A stretch of 64,000 nt of DNA from Candidatus Poriferihabitaceae bacterium (GTDB lineage: Bacteria; Pseudomonadota; Gammaproteobacteria; Arenicellales; Poriferihabitantaceae): assembly GCA_965212085.1 (NCBI GenBank), contig OZ243042.1:2217990-2281989 (forward strand). Reading direction: 5' to 3'. This document shows positions 27,722 through 37,607 of the stretch, one piece after another. The stretch's first letter is position 1. Every line of letters begins with the position of its first letter. A program made the translations under genes and the position numbers. Below the pieces are notes generated by a model. That model was not told the DNA's origin and searched no databases. It saw only the letters and a program-made list of their open reading frames with translations.

Positions 27722-30217
27722 ATGCGCCAGTTTGCGGACGGCTGTAACAACTCCCACCCCGACCCCCACCCCAAGCCCCACCTTCATCTGTGGCTGCTGG
27801 CGTTCTGCGCCGGCGTCGTCTCGCTGCGGTTTTTCCCGCAACTTCCGCCGCCGGCGTGGGGCGTGGCGGCGCTGCTGATGCTGACGCCGTGCGCTATGCG
27901 TTTTGCGTGGTTGCGGCCGGTGGCGGCTTTCGCGGCGGGTTTTTGCTGGGCCGGGCTGGTGGCCGCGGCGGTGCTCGACGCCGGCATTCCGGCGGCGCTG
28001 GAGAAAAAGGACGTGGTCATTTCCGGGCGCGTGGTGGGCGCGCCCGTGGCCGCGGGCGAGTATCAGCGCTTTGATTTTGAGGTGGAGCAACTGGCGTGGC
28101 GGGGAAGCGCGTATCCGCCGCCGGGCAAGATTCGGCTGAAACTGTACCGCGCCCAACCGCACATCCTGAGCGGCCAGAAATGGCGCTTCACCGCACGCCT
28201 CAAACGCGCTCGCGGCTACCACAACCCCGGCGCGCCGTTTAACTACGAAACCCACCTGTTTCACCACCGCCTGCGCGCCACCGGCTACGTGCGCGAGCAG
28301 CCGCCGCCGGTGCTGCTGGAGCCGCAGAGCGCGTTTTCCATCACCGCCTTTCGCCAGCGCGTGGCCGGCTTCATTCGCGCCTCGCTGCCGTCCGGTGGGC
28401 GCGCCGGGCTGGTGACCGCGCTGGTGGTGGGCATCCGCAGCGACATGAGCGCGCACGACTGGGAGGTCCTGCTGCGCACCGGCACCATCCATCTGGTCGC
28501 CATATCGGGCCTGCACGTCGGCCTGGTGTCCGGGCTGGTGCTGCTGCTGGGCGCGTACTGCTGGCGGTGGGCGGGCGCGCTGCCCCTGCGCGTGCCGGCA
28601 ACCCAGGTCGGGGTCGCCGCCGGGCTGCTGGCGGGGGTGGTGTATGCGCTTTTGGCGGGCATGACCATACCCACCCGGCGGGCGGTGTGCATGCTGGGGG
28701 TGGTGGCGCTGGCGATGTTTTTGCGGCGCCGGGCGTTTGGCGGTGAAACCCTGGTGATGGCACTGGCGGCGGTGCTGGCGGTGGACCCCCTTGCAACCCT
28801 GGCCGGCGGCTTCTGGCTGTCATTCGGCGCGGTGGCGGTGCTGGGCTTCGGCGTGGCGCGCGCCGGTGCGCGTCCCGCAACCGGCGTCAAACCGGAACTG
28901 AAACTGGCACCGGCAGCGGAACCGGTGCGGCGGATTTTGCGCAAACTGGGGGCGTGGACGGCGATACAAGGGGTGTTGTTCGTGGGCATGATGCCGCTAC
29001 TGCTGGCGTTGTTTCACCGCGTCTCCATCGCCGCGCCGCCGGCCAACCTGGTGGCGGTTCCGGTGGTGGGGATGATCGCGGTTCCGGTGGCCTTGCTGGG
29101 GTTGCTGCTCTATGCCATCGGGCTTGAAGGGTTGGCGGCGTTGGCGTTCCAGGGTTCATTGTGGGTCATTGAGCGGTTGTGGGTGCTGCTCGAATGGCTG
29201 GCCTCGACGGGCTGGGCGGTGTGGGAGCAGCCGTCGCCGCCGTTGTGGTCGCTGCCGCCGGCGGCGGTCGGGGTATTGTTACTGTTGTCGCCGAAAGTTT
29301 TTCCGGCGCGCTGGACCGGGTTGTTGTGGTTGCTGCCGTTGTTCTGGACTGGTGCCACCGCCCCCGCCACCGGCGAGTTCCGCTACACCATGCTCGAAGT
29401 CGGCCACGGGCTGGCGTCGGTGGTGCAGACCCGCAACCACCTGCTGGTGTACGACGCCGGGCCGCGCTTCAAAGGCGGCCTCGACGCCGGGCGCATCGTG
29501 GTGGTGCCGTTCCTGCAGCAATTGGGCGCCGGGGCCATTGACGTTTTCATCATCAGCCACGGCGACAACGACCACCTCGGCGGCGGCGGCGCGGTGCTGG
29601 AGCGTTTTGAGGCCGGGCGCGTCCTGAGCAGCGTCCCGGAAAAAATACCGGCGGCGCAGCGATGCCACGCCGGGCAAACCTGGGTGTGGGACAAGGTCCG
29701 GTTTGAAATGCTGTGGCCGCCGCGCCCCGGATCATCAGCCGCATCCGCCGTGGACGGCAACGACGCCTCCTGCGTGCTCAAGGTCAGTTCCGAGTTCGGT
29801 TCGGTGTTGCTGACCGGCGACATCGGCAAACCCGCGGAGCGCGCCCTCGCCCTCGCCCGCGCCGAATCCGGCGGGTTGAATCTGGCCGCGGACGTGTTGC
29901 AAGCCCCCCACCACGGCAGCAAAACCTCTTCCACAGAGGGGTTTCTGAGCCGCGTACAGCCCGCCGTCGCGCTGGTCAGCATCGGCTACTTGAATCGCTA
30001 CCGCCACCCCCACAAGAGCGTTGCCAAACGCTACGCGCGCCGCCAAATTCCGGTCTATAACACCGCCGACGAAGGCGCCATCAGCGCGTCCTTTTCCGCC
30101 GCCGGCATCAAAGTGCAGGGGCATCGCGGCGTCCACCGGCGATACTGGTTGCAACGCGCCAAGCAACTGGGTTCGGTGGTGCGCGTCAACTCCCGGTGGC
30201 GGGATGAGCCGCCCTGA
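27722..30217 (+). CDS. comEC: DNA internalisation-related competence protein ComEC/Rec2
   Basis: 831 aa with an N-terminal OB-like region, a multi-TM competence domain, and a C-terminal metallo-beta-lactamase domain (ISHGDNDHLGG, QAPHHGS). Confidence 0.9.
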   Translation: MRQFADGCNNSHPDPHPKPHLHLWLLAFCAGVVSLRFFPQLPPPAWGVAALLMLTPCAMRFAWLRPVAAFAAGFCWAGLVAAAVLDAGIPAALEKKDVVISGRVVGAPVAAGEYQRFDFEVEQLAWRGSAYPPPGKIRLKLYRAQPHILSGQKWRFTARLKRARGYHNPGAPFNYETHLFHHRLRATGYVREQPPPVLLEPQSAFSITAFRQRVAGFIRASLPSGGRAGLVTALVVGIRSDMSAHDWEVLLRTGTIHLVAISGLHVGLVSGLVLLLGAYCWRWAGALPLRVPATQVGVAAGLLAGVVYALLAGMTIPTRRAVCMLGVVALAMFLRRRAFGGETLVMALAAVLAVDPLATLAGGFWLSFGAVAVLGFGVARAGARPATGVKPELKLAPAAEPVRRILRKLGAWTAIQGVLFVGMMPLLLALFHRVSIAAPPANLVAVPVVGMIAVPVALLGLLLYAIGLEGLAALAFQGSLWVIERLWVLLEWLASTGWAVWEQPSPPLWSLPPAAVGVLLLLSPKVFPARWTGLLWLLPLFWTGATAPATGEFRYTMLEVGHGLASVVQTRNHLLVYDAGPRFKGGLDAGRIVVVPFLQQLGAGAIDVFIISHGDNDHLGGGGAVLERFEAGRVLSSVPEKIPAAQRCHAGQTWVWDKVRFEMLWPPRPGSSAASAVDGNDASCVLKVSSEFGSVLLTGDIGKPAERALALARAESGGLNLAADVLQAPHHGSKTSSTEGFLSRVQPAVALVSIGYLNRYRHPHKSVAKRYARRQIPVYNTADEGAISASFSAAGIKVQGHRGVHRRYWLQRAKQLGSVVRVNSRWRDEPP

Positions 30218-30326
30218 TGCCTTGATGTGTACGCGGCAAAGGCGGTTTCAGATGCGTTCTAACCCGAATCGAATAAAGTTTCCACTCAGGTAAGCGTGCG
30301 GATGCGGGTTGCGGGGCTATCGGCCA

Positions 30327-31619
30327 TTACGCTTCCCGCGCAGCGCGTACGCCGTCCGCGACGTTGACCTTCCACAACAGCCAGCCGCCGATGACGAACA
30401 ACAGCAGCAGCGAGAGTATGCTGTCGCGCTGACCGGCACCGGGGATGAGCAGGGGCGTGGCCGCCATCAGCAGCGGGCCGAGGATCGCCGCGAACTTGCC
30501 CACCATGTTGAAAAATCCGAAGAACTCGGCGCTTCGGGTTTTGGGCACGAAGCGCGCGTACATAGAGCGGCTGAGGCTTTGCACGCCGCCCTGGACAAGG
30601 CCGATGGCGGTGGCGAGGAGGTAGAAGTCGGCCGCTGAGTTGAGCCACCGCCAGGCGTACAACACCACCGAGACATACACCGCAAGCCCGATCAAGATGC
30701 CGCGCCGCGGGCCGATTTTTTGGCCGAGCCAGCCGAAGAACAAGGCCGCCGGGAAGGCCACAAACTGGGTCAGCAGCAGCGCGATGATCAGGCTGTCCCG
30801 TGGCAGGCCGAGGATGCGGTCGCCGAAAAACACCGCCATTTTGATGATGGTGCCGACGCCGTCAATGTAAAACCAGTAGGCGATCAGGAACAGGAACAGC
30901 GTGCGCATGCGGCGCAGTTCCTTGAAAGTGACCGCGAGTTGCGCGAGTCCGGCGCGGATTGCTTCGCCTGCGCGGGGTTGGTGCGCGGGCGCGGTTTCCT
31001 TGACCGTCAGCAACAGCGGCACGGTGAACAATCCCCACCATACCGCGACGCTGATGAAGGCGGCGGACAACGCCGATGCCGCGTCGGCGAAACCGAACCA
31101 CTGGGGCTGGGTGACCATCAGCACGTTGAGCGCGAACAGCAGGCCGCCGCCGATGTAGCCGAGGGCGTAGCCGCAGGCCGAGACGACGTCGAACTGCGCC
31201 GGTTCCGAGACCTCCACGATCATGGAATCGTAGAAAATGTTGGCGCCGGAAAAACCGATGCTGCCGAGGCCGTAGAGCAGCAACCCGACCCACCACAAGC
31301 CGGCGTGCACCCAGGCGAGGCCGGCGCTCATCAGGATGCCGGTCATGGCGAACGCCGCCAGAAATTTTTTGCGGCTGCCGCCGTGGTCGGAGATCGCCCC
31401 CAGCAGCGGCGCGGCGACGGCGATGAGGAGGCTGGAGGCGGCCAGCGTGATGTTGAACCAGAACTGCGCGGCGCCGGTGTCCATGCCGGCGGTGAGCACG
31501 TTGTAGTACACCGGAAAAAAACCGGCGATGACGGTGGTGGCGAAGGCGGAGTTGGCCCAATCATACATTGCCCAGGCCAGCACCGGGCGGTTTCGCAGGA
31601 GGTTGCGGGGTTGGTTCAT
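30327..31619 (-). CDS. MFS transporter (UMF1/Atg22-like family)
   Basis: Start at MNQPRNLL (ATG 31619). N-terminal WAMYDWANSAFATTV motif and about 12 TM segments. Confidence 0.75.
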   Translation of the reverse strand: MNQPRNLLRNRPVLAWAMYDWANSAFATTVIAGFFPVYYNVLTAGMDTGAAQFWFNITLAASSLLIAVAAPLLGAISDHGGSRKKFLAAFAMTGILMSAGLAWVHAGLWWVGLLLYGLGSIGFSGANIFYDSMIVEVSEPAQFDVVSACGYALGYIGGGLLFALNVLMVTQPQWFGFADAASALSAAFISVAVWWGLFTVPLLLTVKETAPAHQPRAGEAIRAGLAQLAVTFKELRRMRTLFLFLIAYWFYIDGVGTIIKMAVFFGDRILGLPRDSLIIALLLTQFVAFPAALFFGWLGQKIGPRRGILIGLAVYVSVVLYAWRWLNSAADFYLLATAIGLVQGGVQSLSRSMYARFVPKTRSAEFFGFFNMVGKFAAILGPLLMAATPLLIPGAGQRDSILSLLLLFVIGGWLLWKVNVADGVRAAREA

Positions 31620-31730
31620 CGGGAGCGGGTTGTCGTTTCGGGACGGGTGGTGGCGAGTGGCATGGCTCAATACAAATGAGACAGACCCTGTTGGTTGGTG
31701 CGGGCAGATCGGCGATAGCCGGACTGTCTT

Positions 31731-33032
31731 TTATACCCTTGCCGGGTTTTTCCGTGACGGATGGCGGTACACCACCTTGCCGCCGATCAGGGTGGTGACT
31801 ACTTTGCCGGTCAGGGTGTGGCCGAGCCAGGGGGTGTTTTTGCCGTTGCTGTGCATGGACGCCGGTTCCAGGGTCCATTTCAGGGCCGGGTCGAACAGGC
31901 ACAGGTCGGCGAGTGCACCGACGCCGAGGTGGCCGGCGTCTATGCCGATGATGGCGGCGGGGTTGGCGGTCAGGGCTTTGATGGCGGTGGCGCGGGGCAG
32001 CGCGCCTTGATTTATCAACGCCATGGTCAGGGGCAGCAGGGTGTCCACCCCGGAGATGCCGGGGGCGGCTTCTACGAAGGGCGCGAGTTTGGCGTCGGCG
32101 ACCTGGGGCTGGTGGTCGGAGCAGATCGCGTGGATGGTTCCTTCGCCGACTCCCCGCAGCAGGGCGAGACGGTCGCGTTCGGTGCGCAGCGGCGGGAACA
32201 CCTTGTAGCGAGTGTCAAAGGTGCCGATGTGTTGGTCGGTGAGGTGCAGGTGATGGACGGCGACGCCGGCGCTGACCGCCAACCCTCGTGCGGTGGCTTC
32301 GGCGATCATTTCCACCGCCCGGCCGCTGGAGAGCAGGTCAAAGTGGGCGCGCGCGCCGCTGGTTTCGATGAGCGCGAGGTCGCGGGCTACGCCGGCGGTC
32401 TCCGCGGCTTCGGGGATGGCGGGCAGCCCGAGGCGGGTGCTGACTTCGCCTTCGTGGACGACTCCATTACCCTGCAACCACGGATCGCACGGGGTCACGA
32501 ATACCGGCAATCCGTAAGTGGCCGCGTACTGCATGGCGCGGCGCATTACCAGCGTGTTCGCCACCGGCCGCAGGCCGTTGCCGACCCCCACGCAGCCGGC
32601 GTCCATGAGCAGGGCCATGTCCGCCAGCCGTTCGCCGCCGAGGCCGGCGGTCAGCGCGCCGAGGGGGTGCACGCGGCTGAAACCGCATACCCCGGCGCGG
32701 TCGCGGATCATCTGCGCCATGGCCGGGGTGTCAATCACCGGCGCGGTGTCCGGGGGGCATACCATGCGCGTGATGCCGCCGGCGGCGGCGGCGCGGGTTT
32801 CCGAAGCGATGGTGGCGGTGTGGGCGGCGCCGGGTTCGCGCAGCCGCGCACACAGGTCAATGAGGCCGGGAAGCACCAGTAGCCCGGCGGCGTCAATGCG
32901 GCGCGCGATGGTGAAGGCTTTGGGTTTTTTGCCGATGGCGGCGATCTTGCCACGGCCCACGTACAGGTCGCGGACTTCGTCCAGGTTGTTGGCCGGATCC
33001 AGCACGTGGCCGCCGGCGATCAGCAGGTTCAC
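31731..33032 (-). CDS. dihydroorotase-like protein, probably non-catalytic (PyrC'-type)
   Basis: DHOase fold, but the metal-binding D.H.H.REPG motif reads [10 protein letters not shown], so both His residues are replaced. 4-nt overlap with pyrB. Confidence 0.8.
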   Translation of the reverse strand: MNLLIAGGHVLDPANNLDEVRDLYVGRGKIAAIGKKPKAFTIARRIDAAGLLVLPGLIDLCARLREPGAAHTATIASETRAAAAGGITRMVCPPDTAPVIDTPAMAQMIRDRAGVCGFSRVHPLGALTAGLGGERLADMALLMDAGCVGVGNGLRPVANTLVMRRAMQYAATYGLPVFVTPCDPWLQGNGVVHEGEVSTRLGLPAIPEAAETAGVARDLALIETSGARAHFDLLSSGRAVEMIAEATARGLAVSAGVAVHHLHLTDQHIGTFDTRYKVFPPLRTERDRLALLRGVGEGTIHAICSDHQPQVADAKLAPFVEAAPGISGVDTLLPLTMALINQGALPRATAIKALTANPAAIIGIDAGHLGVGALADLCLFDPALKWTLEPASMHSNGKNTPWLGHTLTGKVVTTLIGGKVVYRHPSRKNPARV

Positions 33033-34003
33033 GCGCGTTCCTCCGAGCCGCCCATGATGGTGGCCATGATGGACATGCGCACGGCGATGCCGTTGGTCAC
33101 CTGGTCGAGGATCACCGAGCGCGAGCTGTCGGCCACCGCCGAGGAGATTTCCAGGCCGCGGTTGATGGGTCCCGGATGCATGACCACCGCGTCTTTGTCG
33201 GCGTGGCGGAGTTTTTCTTCGGTGAGGCCGTAGCGGTTGTAGTATTCCTGCTCGCTCGGCACCAGTTTGCCGTCCATGCGCTCGCGTTGCAGCCGCAGCA
33301 TAATCACGACGTTGATGCCGGCCAGCCCTTCAATCATGTCGCTGGTGGCGGTTACGCCCATGGTTTCGATTTCCGTGGGGATCAGCGTGCGCGGCCCGAC
33401 CACGCGGATCTCGGCGGCGCCGAGGGCGGTGAGGGCGTGAATCTGCGAGCGCGCCACCCGCGAGTGCAGGAGGTCGCCGATGATGGCGACCCGCAGGCCG
33501 TCGAAGCCGCCCGTGGCGCGGCGGATGGTGAACATATCCAGCATCGCCTGGGTGGGGTGGGCGTGGCGGCCGTCACCGGCGTTGATGACGCGCACCGGTT
33601 CGGGGAGGTGGGCGGCGATCAGGTGGGCGGCGCCGCTGGCGCTGTCGCGCACCACGAACAGGTCGGTGTGCATGGCTTCCAGGGTTCGCACGGTGTCGAG
33701 GATGGACTCGCCCTTGATGGTGGACATCCGTGAAGCGTTGAGGTTGATGACGTCGGCGGACAGGCGTTTGCCGGCGATCTCGAAGGTGGTGCGGGTGCGG
33801 GTGCTGGGTTCAAAAAACAGGTTGACCATGGTCTTGCCGCGCAGCAGCGGGACCTTCTTGATCTCGCGCTTGCCGAAACTGACGAACGATTCGGCGGTGT
33901 CGAGGATGCCCACCAGGACTTCGCGGGGCAAGCCGCTGACGGTCAGGAAATGTTTGAGTTTTCCGTTTTGGTCAAACTGGATGGAGTCGGCGGCGGGGGT
34001 CAT
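33029..34003 (-). CDS. pyrB: aspartate carbamoyltransferase catalytic subunit
   Basis: [13 protein letters not shown] and HPGP motifs. Confidence 0.95.
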   Translation of the reverse strand: MTPAADSIQFDQNGKLKHFLTVSGLPREVLVGILDTAESFVSFGKREIKKVPLLRGKTMVNLFFEPSTRTRTTFEIAGKRLSADVINLNASRMSTIKGESILDTVRTLEAMHTDLFVVRDSASGAAHLIAAHLPEPVRVINAGDGRHAHPTQAMLDMFTIRRATGGFDGLRVAIIGDLLHSRVARSQIHALTALGAAEIRVVGPRTLIPTEIETMGVTATSDMIEGLAGINVVIMLRLQRERMDGKLVPSEQEYYNRYGLTEEKLRHADKDAVVMHPGPINRGLEISSAVADSSRSVILDQVTNGIAVRMSIMATIMGGSEERA

Positions 34004-34530
34004 TGCTTGGATGCTCCGGTGCCGGGGCCGAGGTTGATAATGTTGAGGGCGAGGCGGCCGTGGTCGTTGCTGAGTTTGGCTTCCTGATGGCCGGCGAGAT
34101 CCAGGGACTGCCCGATAACGTCGGCCTGGATCGGCAACTCCCGTCCCGGCCGTTCAATGAGCACCGCCAGGCATACCCGTTCCGGGCGACCAAATGAGAA
34201 GATTTCGTTGAGCGCGGCGCGGATGGTGCGCCCGGTGTGGAGCACGTCGTCCACCAGAATAATGTCGCGGTCGTCCACCGCCACCGGCAAGTTGGAAGCC
34301 TTGACTTCGGGGTTGAGCCCGACGCGGCTGAAGTCGTCCCGGTAGAAGGATATGTCGAGGGTGCCGAGAGAGGCAAGGGGTGGAGCGGAGCCGAGGGCCG
34401 CTTGCAGGCGTTCGGCGAGCCACGCGCCGCCGGTGTGGATGCCGATGAGAATGGGTTCGCGCAACCGTTGAGAATGGATCTCGTCAGCCATCTTTTGGAT
34501 GATCGCGGCCAGTCGCTCGGAATCGTACAC
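34000..34530 (-). CDS. pyrR: bifunctional pyr operon regulator / uracil phosphoribosyltransferase PyrR
   Basis: PRPP-binding motif [18 protein letters not shown], 176 aa. Confidence 0.9.
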   Translation of the reverse strand: MYDSERLAAIIQKMADEIHSQRLREPILIGIHTGGAWLAERLQAALGSAPPLASLGTLDISFYRDDFSRVGLNPEVKASNLPVAVDDRDIILVDDVLHTGRTIRAALNEIFSFGRPERVCLAVLIERPGRELPIQADVIGQSLDLAGHQEAKLSNDHGRLALNIINLGPGTGASKQ

Positions 34531-35006
34531 TAGTTGCGGTTGTCCTCCAGCCAGGTGCGAACGATCAACTCCGCGGCGAGGTTGTCTCGGTGTTTGATGC
34601 GCCTTTGACGGAGCGATTTGCCCGGCGTATTCGTCCTTGCCGCCGCCAGCAACTCTTCGGCGCCGGCGGTGGTCAGGCGTTCGTCAACGTACACCACGCT
34701 GAGGCCGAAACGCCGCCCCGCGCGTTCGCCGAATTTTCGCGCCCGCGCCGCCATACTGCTTTCACTGCCGTCCATGTTGAGGGGCAGGCCGACGATCAGG
34801 GCCGCGGGCAACCATTCCTCAATGAGCCGCCCGACCGCAAACCAGTCCGGGGTTCCGGCTTTGGCGGGCACGGTGGACAGCCCCTGGCTGGTGCCGGTGC
34901 GGGTGTTGCCGGTGGCGACGCCGATGCGTTTCAGGCCGAAGTCGAAGCCGATGACTCTGGCGTTCACGTCCGCGTTGGGCGTTGCACCCTTCGTCAAAAC
35001 CCGCAT
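34530..35006 (-). CDS. ruvX: Holliday junction resolvase-like protein RuvX (YqgF)
   Basis: VIGFDFGLKRIGVATGN motif. Start at ATG 35006, with 35027 as an alternative. The rest of the ORF-track N-terminus is an unlikely extension. Confidence 0.85.
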   Translation of the reverse strand: MRVLTKGATPNADVNARVIGFDFGLKRIGVATGNTRTGTSQGLSTVPAKAGTPDWFAVGRLIEEWLPAALIVGLPLNMDGSESSMAARARKFGERAGRRFGLSVVYVDERLTTAGAEELLAAARTNTPGKSLRQRRIKHRDNLAAELIVRTWLEDNRN

Positions 35007-35019
35007 GGTAACCCCGGCC

Positions 35020-35589
35020 TCAGGCATGACCGACCTCGGTGGACAGCTGCGCGTAGTCAATGCCCAGCAGTTCGGCGGCCTGATGCCATTTGTGGTCAAT
35101 GCGGGTGTTGAAGATGATGGAATGGTCGGCGGGGGCGTGGAACCAGGAGTTTTGCTTGATTTCAAACTCCAGTTGCCCCGGACCCCAGCCGGCGTATCCC
35201 AGGATCATCATCGCGTTCGCCGGCCCGCGTCCGCCGGCGATGGCGCCGAGTATGTCCCGTGAACTGGTCAGCCACAGCCCGCCGCCGATCTCCAGGGAGG
35301 ATTCCCAGCGGTTGTTGCTTTTTTTGTCGGCGTGAACCACCAGCCCCAGTTCGGGGCTGATCGGCCCGCCTTCAAAGACCGGCTGCTCGATGCGGTTGAG
35401 GCTGGAAACCGGCAGCGAAAGTTGATCGAAGACGTCCCCCAGGCGGTGATCCGTGAGCCGGTTGACGATTACCCCGATGGCCCCGTTGGCGTCGTGCTGA
35501 CAGATCAGCGAGACCGTTTGATGAAAACTCGGATTGGTCAGCTGCGGCATGGAGACCAGCAACTGGTTTTTCAGGGAAGTGCTCTTCAT
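35020..35589 (-). CDS. YqgE/AlgH family protein
   Basis: LKNQLLVSMPQLTNPSFHQTVSLICQHD...GAIGVIVNR motif. Start at MKSTSLKN (ATG 35589). Confidence 0.85.
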   Translation of the reverse strand: MKSTSLKNQLLVSMPQLTNPSFHQTVSLICQHDANGAIGVIVNRLTDHRLGDVFDQLSLPVSSLNRIEQPVFEGGPISPELGLVVHADKKSNNRWESSLEIGGGLWLTSSRDILGAIAGGRGPANAMMILGYAGWGPGQLEFEIKQNSWFHAPADHSIIFNTRIDHKWHQAAELLGIDYAQLSTEVGHA

Positions 35590-35769
35590 CTTTTCGGGGC
35601 GGCGATTCCTCCGGGTTCGGGTCGGCGGCTGGGCGGGTCGGGGGTTATTCATCGTCATCGGCAAGGTTTCCCCATTATACTAAATTTCCGCGCCGGATGA
35701 TGTCGTATAATTGCCCGTGATGATACCGGCGTCCACCGACCCAATCCGGCCTCCAGGCCAACTTCCAAC

Positions 35770-36363
35770 TTGATGGCCAATCCAGTGGCCGATCCAATGA
35801 CATTGCTGCAGCAGCTCGAAGACGCCGGTTCCGGTGGCAAAGCCGATGCCGATGCCCCGGGGCCGGGACCGGGGCGGCCGGCCACCGGCCTGTGGCGCGG
35901 GTTGGCGTTCACCATTGAAGACCTGAATCTGGTAACGCCCGACGCCGGTGGCCTGCGGGTCGCGCCGGGCCGGGAGGCGCAGTTGTTGCCGCTGCCATGG
36001 TGCCGGGAATGGGTCAGGGGCATGCTCCCGGTCGGCGGGGAAATCTATACGGTGATTGACTTTGCGCGCTTCATCGGCCGCCGCCCGCTGGCCGCAAGCC
36101 GGGATGCCAGCCCGAATGCCTACCGGAATGCCAGCCTGCTTTTGATGCCCGGCGATTCGTTCAACAGCGCGCTGCTGCTGGACAGCCGCATCAGTTCAAG
36201 GACTTTCAGCCACGATTGGCCGCAGACCGAGGTCGCCGATTTTGACCCGGCCCTGGCGCCTTTTTTGAGCGCGGTGCTGATGGATGGCGGGCAACCCTGG
36301 GGGGTGCTCGATACCACGGCGTTGATGGGTTCGGAAAGCTTTATCCGTATCGGTTGCGGTTGA
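35770..36363 (+). CDS. CheW-like coupling protein (PilI position)
   Basis: Single CheW-like domain (...WVRGMLPVGGEIYTVIDFARFIG...). First gene of a CheW-MCP-CheA cluster divergent from yqgE. Confidence 0.7.
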   Translation: MMANPVADPMTLLQQLEDAGSGGKADADAPGPGPGRPATGLWRGLAFTIEDLNLVTPDAGGLRVAPGREAQLLPLPWCREWVRGMLPVGGEIYTVIDFARFIGRRPLAASRDASPNAYRNASLLLMPGDSFNSALLLDSRISSRTFSHDWPQTEVADFDPALAPFLSAVLMDGGQPWGVLDTTALMGSESFIRIGCG

Positions 36364-36384
36364 TGCAGCCGGTTCTGACTGCAA

Positions 36385-37551
36385 ATGACCGCTAAGGCCG
36401 CCCCCGACCCACCCACTCAATCCGGCCAAACCGGCGTCGGCAGGCAGATCGCCTGCTGGATGGTGGCGTTGCTGGGGGCGTTGACCGGGCTGATTTACTT
36501 CCACTACCAGCCCGATTGGGGCGGGTTGGCCGGGGCGGCCGGAAGCCGCCGCGCCGAAATTTTCGGGCACCTGCCGTGGATGCTCGGCGCGGTGGGTCTG
36601 CTGGCGTTGCTGGCCTTGTTCTGGATCATCAACCAGCAGACCCGGCGTCGCAGCGACGCTCACCTGCACCGCGCCCGGCAAGCCGAAAGGGCGCTCGCCG
36701 GATTGCGGGAAGAGATTGAAATCGCCTGCGGCGAAACCCCCGGCACGGACGCCGCCGCCGAACATCCCATCGCTCGCTGGCAGGCCGCCAATGACGCGCA
36801 GGCGGCGGAAATCAAGCGCATCGCCGGGGAAATCGCGTCCATGACCGAAGCCCTGGGCCGCATCAACGAATCGGCATCCGAAGCCGCCGGGCAGGCGCAA
36901 CTTGGGGCGGAGACCGCGCACAAGGGCGCGGCGGCGGCGCACAATGCCATTGCCGGCATAAACGACACCCGTAGCCGGATTCAAGACGCCGCCGACCGCC
37001 TCAAACACCTCGCCCAAAGCACCCGGCAGTTCAACGAAACGGTGCGCCTGATCCGGGATGTGACCGCGCAAACCGGGGTGTTGTCCCTCAACGCCGCCCT
37101 GCGCGGTGGCGGGGGCGGGGCCGGGGCGGCTGAGGTGGAGACGGCGGAAGAAATGCAACGCCTCGCCGACCGCGCCGCCCGTGGGGCCGGGGAAGTCGCC
37201 GAACTGGCGCGGGCGATTCAAAGCGACGCCGACGGCGTGATCGCGTCTTTGGAAATCACCGCCGGCAAGGCCGCCGCCGGCACCGCCCCGGCGGATGAAG
37301 CGGGTCGCGCATTGGCGGACATCGAAAACGTTGGCCGGGAGTTGCGGGAGATCATGGAGCGGGCGGCGAGCGGGGCCGCCGCTGAAGCCGCCCACGCGCA
37401 AGCCGTCGGCGAAAAAATAGCCCAACTCAGGAGCGCCGCCGAACAATCAAACGCGAATGTATCCCAAATTGCCGCCGGCCTCGAAAAACTGCAAGCGGCG
37501 GCGGCTAATCCGGGGCAGTCAACCCCCGCCGCCAAACCGCCGGAACGCTAG
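36385..37551 (+). CDS. methyl-accepting chemotaxis protein-like protein with a divergent signalling tip (PilJ position)
   Basis: Two TM segments with almost no periplasmic loop. MCP signalling domain (VTAQTGVLSLNAAL...), but the hairpin tip reads RGGGGGAGAAEVETAEEMQRLA where [23 protein letters not shown] is expected. Confidence 0.7.
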   Translation: MTAKAAPDPPTQSGQTGVGRQIACWMVALLGALTGLIYFHYQPDWGGLAGAAGSRRAEIFGHLPWMLGAVGLLALLALFWIINQQTRRRSDAHLHRARQAERALAGLREEIEIACGETPGTDAAAEHPIARWQAANDAQAAEIKRIAGEIASMTEALGRINESASEAAGQAQLGAETAHKGAAAAHNAIAGINDTRSRIQDAADRLKHLAQSTRQFNETVRLIRDVTAQTGVLSLNAALRGGGGGAGAAEVETAEEMQRLADRAARGAGEVAELARAIQSDADGVIASLEITAGKAAAGTAPADEAGRALADIENVGRELREIMERAASGAAAEAAHAQAVGEKIAQLRSAAEQSNANVSQIAAGLEKLQAAAANPGQSTPAAKPPER

Positions 37552-37607
37552 CACCAATGCCAATGCCCCCGGTTCACCACCCCGCCATCCCCTGATCCCC
37601 TGAGGAA

